NCBI GenBank assembly: GCA_024626585.2
Contig: JANKJI020000002.1
Location: 168,682,179-168,701,805, forward strand
DNA: 19,627 bases
Direction of reading: 5' to 3'
From: Ginkgo biloba
Lineage: Eukaryota > Plantae > Ginkgophyta
Each line of letters begins with the position of its first letter. Position 1 is the stretch's first letter. Shown here one piece after another: positions 9,480-19,350 of this stretch. The position numbers and the translations under genes are program-made. The notes beneath the pieces are model-generated. The model had not been told where the DNA came from and ran no database searches. It saw nothing but the letters and a program-made list of their open reading frames with translations.

Positions 9480-10600
9480 GTTGAGGTGTGTTATATTGTT
9501 TAGGACTAGACCGCGCATTAGGATGTTGTATTATCGAACATGAGTTCCAACAATTGTTCAGGAGAGACATGAAAGCACAATTGGGGGCATGTAGCTTGCA
9601 ACTAAACAAGTCAAAAAAGTTTACTAGCAAGACTATGTTGTTGTTGTTGTTTAAAGATGTGGCAAATTGGGCAAAGAACTATGATGTTTGGTAAAGGGTG
9701 GGCAAACCATGTGCCATTCACCACCAACGATTGCATATTATTTTTGCACAAATGCCCTTTAGACAATAGGGATTGCATTTTGTGAGGCCTATTAGCCCTA
9801 CAACTCGATGCACACAAGCCCATTATATCTTGGTTGCTATTGATTATGTCACTTAATGGGTCAAAGCATGCCCTCTCAGATGATGTGATGCCAAAGCATT
9901 GCAAGATCCTTCTACGAAATGATCGTCACTCGCTTCGGTTGTCCTATTAAGATAGTTAGTGACCACTTGGCAAGATTTTAAATGCCACAATCTGTTATTT
10001 AATNNNNNNNNNNNNNNNNNNNNNNNNNNNNNNNNNNNNNNNNAATGCATTAGTGGAAAAGCATGAACAAAATAGTTAAGAAAGCCCAAACCAAAAATCA
10101 TAATGTCACCCAAAATGATTGGGTAGAAAAGATTTACTCTACTCTCTAGGTTGACTGCATTGCTCAAAACGAGCAAATGGATTCACCCCTTTTGAGCTAG
10201 TGTATGGACAGGAAGCCATTGTGACATTTGAATTCCTTGTTCGGAGCTTGTGTCTTACTGCCATATAGAAATTTCAAGATATAGAATCCCATCAAGTACG
10301 GTTACATCATCTACTTCAATTAGGTGTAACTCGGGCCATGGCCCACTAGGAATAGGAGTCGTGCTTATAGTGACAAAAAGCCTAGCATAACTGCCATATC
10401 TATGATTTAAAATTTTGAAATGAAGATTTAGTACTTATGATTACAAGTTGTGCACAAACTTGGCAAATTGAAAATGTGATGGCTTTGACCTTATCACATT
10501 CATACTTTACATGATAATTGTTCAATGGAATTACACCAACTAAATGGTGAATTATTACAGAAGTGAGTAAATGGCAGTAGATTAAAACCGTATCATGACA
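9480..10600 (+). pseudogene. pol: Ty3/gypsy integrase (decayed HHCC, DDE core, GPY/F module); no chromodomain seen
   Basis: GVLYCLGLDRALGCCIIEHE...LFKDVANWAKNYDVW*RVGKP; PFRQ*GLHFVRPI...YILVAIDYVT*WVKA...IVTRFGCPIKIVSDH; DWVEKI...GFTPFELVYGQEA; GKLKM*WL*PYHI...VNGSRLKPYHD. Confidence 0.95.
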
Positions 10601-10646
10601 AATACAATTTTAAAAAGAAATACACTATGGTTGCCAACTATTGGAA

Positions 10647-10736
10647 GTCTTGTAATCGGTGTTATAGTTGTGTGACCAATGTGTCTTGCGATCGGTATTA
10701 GAAGTCTTGCGACTAGCATGTCTCCTGACTAGCGTT
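10647..10736. repeat. Short degenerate repeats (about GTCTTGCGA[TC][CT][GA]G) directly after pol, running into a gap
   Basis: GTCTTGTAATCGG at 10647, GTCTTGCGATCGG at 10683, GTCTTGCGACTAG at 10704 and GTCTCCTGACTAG at 10720. Confidence 0.55.
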
Positions 10737-11126
10737 NNNNNNNNNNNNNNNNNNNNNNNNNNNNNNNNNNNNNNNNNNNNNNNNNNNNNNNNNNNNNNNN
10801 NNNNNNNNNNNNNNNNNNNNNNNNNNNNNNNNNNNNNNNNNNNNNNNNNNNNNNNNNNNNNNNNNNNNNNNNNNNNNNNNNNNNNNNNNNNNNNNNNNNN
10901 NNNNNNNNNNNNNNNNNNNNNNNNNNNNNNNNNNNNNNNNNNNNNNNNNNNNNNNNNNNNNNNNNNNNNNNNNNNNNNNNNNNNNNNNNNNNNNNNNNNN
11001 NNNNNNNNNNNNNNNNNNNNNNNNNNNNNNNNNNNNNNNNNNNNNNNNNNNNNNNNNNNNNNNNNNNNNNNNNNTGGCTAGCTAAAGTGAGTTGTTTAAA
11101 TATTTGTTTCTATAGAATTTGCAAAT

Positions 11127-12880
11127 ATGATATCCCGAAGCAGAGATCTGAATTTTGCATGCTTGCAACTGATCATTCAATACACACAACTTTGGTGAAG
11201 GTAGGTCTAGCAACATAGCTTTCTATTTTGGCCAGATTTTAGGATGCCACTCCAATAGCTTTAGCTCTCAGGATTGTTATTGGGTGTCTAGAGGCTATAA
11301 CCATTACGGACTAGACTATTCATGAAGTAACTAATCTTCCACCCGACGGACCAGAGATACCAGTCACCCCAAAACTACGTAGATAGATTGTTGCTCAAGA
11401 GTTTTGTTTGACACTGTTGGATGCCTCATCCTATGGAATTCGAGTGGATGGGTTGAAGGATGCAAAGTTGAGTTGGGTGACCCAATTCATTGTGGCCTGG
11501 GTTTTAGGTGATAAAAAAAATTCCCATATACTGACTCAATTGCGCTTGATGTTACAATAGGTAAAGGCTAGCGCTCAATTTAATTTGTGCACATATTCAA
11601 ATTCAAGATTTTATCATTGTTAAAGCATTTCAAGGAGGCTTCATGCTCATTAATTTTCCTATTGTCCATATTCACATGGTTGCNNNNNNNNNNNNNNNNN
11701 NNNNNNNTGCAACAACACAAGATTCTAACTTGCGACAAACACTTTATTGCGATGGTGTCATGTCATGATTTCAAAATGGAACAATATTGCAATGTAATGG
11801 ATAATGTTGCAAAAGTTTTGTAGGAGATCATAAAGGTATTGAATTGGTTAAAGATTAACTAAGCAGTCGCACAAATATTGGATGTTTCTGCGAGAGTGGA
11901 AGTAAGTGTTACTGCCCAGGACCCTGCTTGGGGTTATAGAAGTGCAACTGGGAACCGACCAAGATGGTGTTGCTGAACAAAAAGAGTAGGCACTAGTTCT
12001 TATGGACATGCCACCGCAGTAGGATACTCACACATCCCGCCAACCAATCATTGGGATTCATTCTCAACCCTGGTTAAGAATTAAGGAGAAGGGAGTTCAG
12101 ACATTTCCACTAACATCCCCAGATTACTACTCTAGTACTTCAACAACACAACCATTGAAATGAAGGTGGGTAAAATTTGTTCTTGACAAAGCATTGAAAT
12201 TGAAGTGGGAAGACATGATTCAAATCTATGAAGAAGGTTTGGATAAATCTGAATGTAAAATGTTGAACCAAGAAGCTTGGAAATTGACATTCATGGCTAA
12301 CATCATCTAGGGATTAGTTTGTGACTTGGTCGCTAAGGCAAAGGATCTAGAGAGGGGAATAAGCATTGAATGCACTAGGCTTGGGCAATTGGAGCAAGAA
12401 TTAAGGAGAAGATTCAATTTATAACTTGTTTCCTAGATGTATGGTTGGAGGACGTTGACCTCTCTATGGATACATATTAATGATTTATGTCAAATTTTGA
12501 TAAACATATTTTAGATGGATTGGAGCATATTATTCCAAAATTAAGTGCATTGATTCTCCAAGTTGACAAAGATTGCCAAGAAATTTTTNNNNNNNNNNNN
12601 NNNNNNNNNNNNNNNNNNNNNNNNNNNNNNNNNNNNNNNNNNNNNNNNNNNNNNNAAGTTGAGGTGTTAGTTGGGGATTTGGACAAATCACAAGAAGAAT
12701 TAAATGTTGTTAAAGAAAAAATAATTGGTATGCAAAGTCGCCATAGAATAGAGGTAGAATAGTTAGATATGACCAATAGGACATTGATTTGAGTTTTGAG
12801 CAAGCAAGGATACCCATCCCATCCAGTATCCACATTAGTACAAAACCCAGACGATCATAGTTTTCGAGCTCAAAATTTTC
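11127..12880 (+). pseudogene. 3' accessory ORF of the gypsy element (env-like position), with a PMD/DUF1985-like N-terminal core and a C-terminal coiled coil; degenerate
   Basis: Long protein-like frame with scattered stops: ITITD*TIHEVTNLPPDG...YGIRVDGLKDAKLSWVTQFIVAWVLG...AQFNLCTY (11297-11596). Later heptad-like stretches include LVAKAKDLERGISIECTRLGQLEQELRRR and VEVLVGDLDKSQEELNVVKEKIIGMQ. The domain name is an inference. Confidence 0.65.
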
Positions 12881-13390
12881 AAGGGGNNNNNNNNNNNNNN
12901 NNNNNNNGATAAAAAAATTTGAATTTTTGGCATGTGGCTTTAATTGCAAGTTTGAATAAGGACATTCAATGTTTGTGGTTGGAGAGATGTATGTTGAAAT
13001 AACGATGCATAACCTTGTAGTTGTTTTATGTTAGTTGTAGTTGAGTTGAGGTCATTTGTTTCCCAGTGGTAGCAATGTTGGTTGTTTCCATTCTATTTTT
13101 CAGTCGTAGTAAATCTGGTCTTTCTGGTCGTGTTGGTCACTAGTCATAGTAGTTCCATTTGTTATCTTGTTGTAATTGTAAACAAGCGATTATTAGTCTA
13201 TGGTCGTTAACAACCAATAATGGAAAAAAGTCAAGTTAGGAAATCTAACTTCTTGTATGAAAGTTGCATCTTTAAGTATCTCCATTCATTGTAATTTGTA
13301 TTTATTAGCATAAGGGCTAAAGAAATGTATCCAGGTTTGATATTGAATAATATATTTTGTTCTTTAATTCTAGACTATGGTGACAACATT

Positions 13391-13427
13391 CGTTAGGGAC
13401 AAGAAAGTATTTGGTGAGAGGAGCATG
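13391..13427 (+). other. Candidate polypurine tract / 3' LTR start of the gypsy element
   Basis: CGTTAGGGACAAGAAAGTATTTGGTGAGAGGAGCA-TG: a purine-rich run followed by TG at 13426, about 500 bp after the accessory ORF. Confidence 0.3.
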
Positions 13428-13569
13428 CTTATGACTCCTCTCTGTTTTTNNNNNNNNNNNNNNNNNNNNNNNNNNNNGCTATTTGCATACCTCTACAACG
13501 CTATTATGCATCTTACTCATTAACAACTGACATGATATGCTAGAGTACCAATTTGAGATTTCACAAATG

Positions 13570-13690
13570 TTAGCATTTGTGATATTATTGGAGTTATTGT
13601 TATTATTGTATAAGGCACTAGGGTTGTTAGTATTAGTTATATGAGTATGATTGATATTAATGTCATTAGTATTAGTAGCATTGTAGGTAT
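13570..13690. repeat. Degenerate trinucleotide low-complexity tract (TAT/TAG/TGT-like)
   Basis: gatattattggagttattgttattattg...gttgttagtattagttat...tcattagtattagtagcattg. It reads as poly-Asn/Thr on the minus strand. Confidence 0.6.
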
Positions 13691-14334
13691 GACTCAAAGA
13701 CTCTAAATTTTACATATTTTCTTGAAGTTTATATTATTTTTCTAATATGTGTAATTGACCTTATAACTTTGTTGACTCAAATATATTATTGTAACATGAA
13801 GAATGATCTCTCCTATAACCCTAGAACCGTTCATCTCTTCTATTGCTAGTTCGTGTTTTAGGTTTAGATAATATATTGTACGATTCTCCAATCATTGAAT
13901 TGGATAGGTCAAGAATGTGATTTGATGAAGTACTTTGCAAGTTCCCAACCATCTATGAAGTAGACTCTCGGATATACCTTTTGCTAAGAGTGTAATATAC
14001 CAACACCAAATTTCCTGGGTATACTTTCAAATCTAATGACATGAATCATGATATTGCTTCTTGCATTGGCCAAATTGAGATTACAAAGCAATGTAGAACA
14101 CAAAATAGATAAGGTCAAGGAGAGGTGGTGTTAAGCCAAATTTTTGGCTCAAGCACAATATATTGTAAAATAAGGTGTTGCCAAGGTAATAGGAGGTCAA
14201 ATGTAGGCGGGAGAAGGTATAACATGTTGTCGTAGGTNNNNNNNNNNNNNNNNNNNNNNNNNNNNNNNNNNNNNNNNNNNNNNNNNNNNNNNNNNNNNNN
14301 NNNNNNNNNNNNNNNNNNNNNNNNNNNNNNNNNN

Positions 14335-15190
14335 TGAGAGAATATGCTCTCCCTTCTTTGGTAGGTTGCTCCGTGCTCACTAGGGAACTAAGGAGACTGC
14401 ACCTGATAAGACCTTCAACTAATCGACAACGACCACATTTGCCTTCATTGGTTGAGCAATTCTGGCTCTATAGGGAAAAGGAAATCTTTGAGAGAATATG
14501 CTCTCTATTCCTTGGTAGGGTGCTCTATGCTCACCTAGGAACTAGGGAGACTGCACCTAACATGATCGTCGACTAATTGACAACAACCACGTTTCTCTTC
14601 CTTGGTTGAGCNNNNNNNNNNNNNNNNNNNNNNNNNNNNNNNNNNNNNNNNNNNNNNNNNNNNNNNNNNNNNNNNNNNNNNNNNNNNNNNNNNNNNNNNN
14701 NNNNNNNNNNNTCTAGTTGAGCACTTCTCACTTATAAGGGAAAAGGAAATCTTTAGAGAATAGATCCCCTCCCTTAGTAGAGTGTTTTGTGCTCATCGAA
14801 GAACTAGGGGCACTGGACCTAGTAAAAGCACCAACTAATTGACAACAATCATATTTCCTATCCTACTTGAGTTCTTCCCCCTTACTAAGGAAAAGGAAAT
14901 CTTTAAGAGAATATGCTCTACCTTCCCTAGTAGGGTGCTCTGCGCTCATTAGGGAACTAAGGAGATTGTGCTTGACAAGATCATTGACCAATCTATATTA
15001 ACCACATTTCCCCTCCCTTGGAGGCTGCTTCGAGCTCATTAGGGAACATAAGGAGAATGTACCCAACAAGATGAATTGAAGACAACCATGTTTCCCTTCC
15101 TAGGTTGTGTGATTCCCCCTTGCCACAGAAAAGGGAATATGCTCTCCCTTCCCTAGTAGGGTGCTTCGCACCGAGCAAGAAAAAGGGAAT
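14335..15190. repeat. Tandem array of ~151-154-bp units, at least 5 diverged copies, interrupted by a gap
   Basis: The anchor AATATGCTCT (variant AATAGATCCC) occurs at 14341, 14495, 14759, 14910 and 15136. Shared blocks are GGAAAAGGAAATCTTT, GGGAACTAAGGAGA and ACTAATTGACAACAACCAC. Confidence 0.92.
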
Positions 15191-15716
15191 TTAAAGTAAA
15201 ATATGCACACCTTTTTGTCAGGAGACCTGCTTAAATGACTTTAAGAGGCAATTCAGTATCTGGTAGTTGCCAATAATCATTCGGGAGTAATTGCAGCATG
15301 GCAAGGGTTGCGATGCACTTGCCACCTGCATCCATTTTTGGCCTTTAGTGAGATCAATTAGTGTCCATAGTTTAGCTCAATGTGATTGTTTTGGAATCTA
15401 CAATATTAATGGCAAAGGAAGGGCTTAGTCATGGGCAGCATGGTGTCACGTGCGCCTTTTCAAAGATCTTGTAACAAATCCTTTTAGAAAAAGCTAACAA
15501 TGAATTTAGAATGAAATAGTGGCACTCTAATAGTATCTTTGGTTTTAAGTCAGCTAAATCTAGACGTAGTAAAAGGTCATTGGGGAAAAGCTATAAGAGG
15601 CATGGTTTTCCACTTATCCCACTTTATATTGCGAAATTATGAAAGACAGAGAAGTATTGTGATCTTTTGGAGATTGAAGTTCAGTGCTAAGGAGAAGATT
15701 TTTGTTTAGTAGGATC

Positions 15717-17802
15717 ATGGTGACCTTTTGGACTCACGAGATTGTGGATGAGGATTTGAGTTTGATGGTCGACAAGTGGGCATAATTCTCTACTAAGGTA
15801 GATGGGAGATTTTCACTGGCAATCAATGTTTACAATCTGTAGAATTTATTGAGATGGCAAAAATGCCTATAATATACATGGAGTACTTGGTAATGGTTGA
15901 GCTTCTAAGGAGGTATGAAACTAGGTTACTGTATGTAGGTTAGAAGCAATTGGCCATTGAAGCTAATACCATTTTTGCTATAATGGGTCTTCCCAATTAC
16001 GATGAAACTATCGACCCTAGAGATGAGGGAAAGAACACGTTGAGGTTAAAGATTTATGATGCTTTGTATCCAAGTTGTAGCAAATTAGATGTGTGTAGCC
16101 GTTTGAATGGCTTTACTATCTCAACCATCTTTAACTTGACTGCTCTTTGGGTAGCATGGATAATAGCAAAGAGATTGTCCTATTGGAGCTCAATATCTAC
16201 TTGAGAATATAATGGGCAATTGTAGTGGCTCAAGTGGCCTTAGGTGAAGTCTTTAATTGGTCGCAATGGTATGTAGACACTCGAAAAGAATTTTGCACCC
16301 TTACAACAAGTTGGCAAATATTTTCTTGCGTCGATAGGAATGTTTATCTTGATGATCGAGCTTATGGAACACAACCAGACTGGGTGGACCTTGACGTGAA
16401 GTCGAGATGTTGAGCTTATGCAGCATTAGATCGATATCTATAATCTGTAGAGTATGAAGCGACATTTAAACAGTATTACTTTATTGAGTTACAAACTTTG
16501 AATGAAGGAATGGCCTTGGATTCCCTTCCAGATTATGTCAAGAATCAGTGGCCAAAGGTTGAATGGGAAGAAGTCGTCTATGAGGCTAACTTTTACCTCA
16601 AAGGTCGATCGAAGAATAAGTAATTTGTCACATTCTGGTCGCTAGAGGGAGAGATTGAGGGCAAGATTTCCGATATGAGGAAGCTTGCACTTCAAGCTAA
16701 TCCTCGAGCTTATGCCAACCACATTGTTATCTAAGAGTAAAACATCAACAAGCCTCTTATTTCTCCTCAGCAACAATGGGTTTGGTTTCAACACTTGGCC
16801 ATCGCACGATCCTGAGACCCCAATGTCACCATTCTACTATATTCCTTGAGGCCAATCTAGTTCATGGCAGTGAAAATATTGGGCGTTGAAGTGGATCCAA
16901 AGGCAAAGAAGAAGTTTGCACGGCCATCCATGACATCTCTGGTGGCAGAACATTGCTCCCTGGTGCTACCTGAACAAAAACAGGCAGTCCCAAAGAAGTC
17001 AACAATTGTGGTTGGGGTTTGTAAGAAGCAACAAGCACAAGGACAAGTCAGTTCCTTTGGTGCCAATTCTCAGGAACGCCAAACTACATCTACACTATGA
17101 ATGACACAAAGTTCACTGTCGGAGACTTCACAAGGTGTATAGATAGCATTGACTATTACAAGCTCTTAGTCAATGATCACTTCCAACCCAGCCTTAATGA
17201 CAACAGGTCTCTCTAGACAGACCTCTGGGTCTCAATCGTTGGTGGCCCTCCAAGTCATGTGGGATCAGTGGTTGGTGAGTTTTGTAGCCGATGCGATTCA
17301 AGTTGGCATTGATCTTACCCAAGTAGCTTCTTGTCAACCGTTGTTATTGTGAAACTTCAAGGAAAAGCATAAAGGGCGATTCCAACCCACTTTGGAAATC
17401 ACAGAAGGGTAAATCACTACTTGCTTGACGGGTCAGCTCATTGTGGGTTCGGCCACAAAACTTACATAGAGAGTTACAGAGTTGGAAAATGAACTAATGT
17501 TCTAAGAGAATCTGCATAGGAAGAAGATGGCAGACTTAAAGCAATCCATCGAATTGCTTAAGTTGGACATACAGGCAACAACTATACTCCCAGCCGCAGG
17601 AGTGTCACTCTCTGTGACTAGGGGTTATAAGAATTGAGGCCCTACCTCCAAGCACTCAAGTCATTGGCCTCTGCTCTAGCCATTACACAGACAACATCAG
17701 ACCCCTAGGTCACCATGCAGTTGAACTAGTATAGAGCGGAGGTGCAACATCTAAGGGAAAGAATAGGAAGGTATAAGGCCCAGTTGCAAGCACTTCAACA
17801 AG
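15717..17802 (+). pseudogene. Second retroelement accessory ORF (PMD/DUF1985-like core, S/T/Q-rich linker, coiled coil); degenerate
   Basis: ATG at 15717 (MVTFWTHEIVDEDL...), then LAIEANTIFAIMGLP...NGFTISTIFNLTALWVAWIIAKRL / VAQVALGEVFNWSQWY, a low-complexity middle, and RVTELENELMF*ENLHRKKMADLKQSIELLKLDIQ...EVQHLRERIGRYKAQLQALQQ running into a gap. Confidence 0.6.
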
Positions 17803-18479
17803 NNNNNNNNNNNNNNNNNNNNNNNNNNNNNNNNNNNNNNNNNNNNNNNNNNNNNNNNNNNNNNNNNNNNNNNNNNNNNNNNNNNNNNNNNNNNNNNNNN
17901 NNTTGTTATTCAAAGGAAATAAAATAATAAGGAAAATAATGGCTATGGATTTTTTGAGCTATCAATATATTGGGGTTTTCAAGGGAGCACATCCTGCATA
18001 ACTCTTGAATCAGAAGACACGATGGGACATAAAATTCTAATATAATCAAAGATTGGGGAGTCAGGGTTTTAAACCAAAGTCGTGCCTAAGGCCTTCTTTA
18101 AAGGTTCGATATCACAGACCTGATGAAATATTAAATTGGAGCATAATTGAGTAATCGGGGATCGAGGGTTCTCAAAGAGGGACGCCTCCTATTGAGCTTC
18201 CGACTTTGCGGACCCAATGACTTTTTCAACTGTGCTTAATCCTCAGAGGATTATAAAGGACTATATCAGGTCATCGGCCCACTGGGAGATTGGAGCAATA
18301 AAAAGGTATTGTAGACATGACGTTGAATGAATTTGAATATTCTTGAAGGTGCAATCAATGTGAGGAGGCACACTCCGTGAGATTTTAATGAAGAGCATGC
18401 AGAGTTAGTGAATGTTGGACGTGGATCGTTTATGATTCCACCAACCATCAGGGAGGAAATTGAACCTGGACAATAGTAA

Positions 18480-19350
18480 AAGGATCGAGGATGGGCACAG
18501 AGTCGTTGGAGAGTAAATATGCCACCTACTAGAGTCGTTGAGGGTCGAATAGGAACGTTGCACTAGTCGTTGTTGGCCAAGAGAGCTCGGTTATAAAATA
18601 CCCATAAACAGTTGAAGAAAGGGTTACGTAGTGGGAGTTAGACAATGAAGATAGGGTCAACGAATTGAGTAGGGGTAGTTGTTGGTTGGACAAGAGAGAA
18701 AAGGTTGGAACGTTTTGATCAGCCAGGAACCCAGAGAGGAGAGATTGATCCATGGGTTGGTTCATTGTTGGTGGCGACATTGTAAGTAATACCAGTGAGT
18801 CATGGAAGGTTGAACTAGGGAAATGGAATGGAGGAGAATTCACCAAGGGAAAACCTTCGTGAAAAAAAACACTAAAATTGCAGAGATGAGTTGAAGTGTA
18901 CCTCGAAAATACACGCCGAAGGACTGAAGTCGTAGCAACGGAGTGACCCTTGAAAGACTCTCGCAAGTTGAATTGTTTGATAGCATCATTCATGCATCTA
19001 GTAGCCTAAGCCAAAGGCCATTCTGGATAATTTGTTGTAAAACCTTGGTGACCGCATTGTATCCACCTCTAATAGCGAGGAACACACCGTAGAGGCGATG
19101 ATAGAAATTGATGTTATATTTTGATTTGGTGAATGCACCTGGAGTTTTATTCCCCATGAGGGTTTCTCGAATTAAAAAGTTTCATGTTTCATTGTCTCTG
19201 TGAACTTATGCATGTGGAGTTATTACCTCTGATTTCCCCATGTGTTGTGGAGCATTATGTTTTAATGTTGCATAAGTTTGTGACTTGCTAATATATTGAG
19301 GTCCCTGTGAGTGAGCTCGTTGTTTGGGGCTTGATCCGATGACGTCGATT
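18480..19350 (+). mobile_element. LTR-like block (U3-TATA-R/U5-like organisation), boundaries uncertain
   Basis: Repeated short motifs, a TATA box at 18592, a purine/GA-rich downstream leader and then a T-rich tail. No protein homology is recognisable. Confidence 0.4.
18592..18598 (+). promoter_or_regulatory. Candidate TATA box of an LTR promoter
   Basis: TATAAA in a GC-flanked context, 20 bp downstream of three phased AGTCGTTG motifs. Confidence 0.4.

Noticed and set aside
9316-10176. Minus-strand ORFs of 104, 97 and 107 aa
   Set aside because: They are antisense shadows of the gypsy integrase on the + strand.
13479-13697. Asn-rich 72-aa ORF
   Set aside because: It is the translation of a degenerate trinucleotide repeat.
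14335-15190. CRISPR-like array
   Set aside because: The units are homologous along their whole ~152-bp length with no unique spacers, there are no cas genes, and the context is eukaryotic.
18120-18250. Hammerhead ribozyme cores (CTGATGA at 18120 on +, CTGAGGA...GAAA on - near 18246)
   Set aside because: No pairing stem II closes onto GAAA, and no stems I/III could be built.
18501-18572. Mini-CRISPR (constant repeat with unique spacers)
   Set aside because: The repeat is only 8 bp with three copies, which is better explained as phased cis-elements.
18529-18993. 154-aa minus-strand ORF, the longest gap-free ORF
   Set aside because: It is S/L/F/P-rich with no recognisable motif, as expected for the antisense shadow of a purine-rich LTR-like tract.
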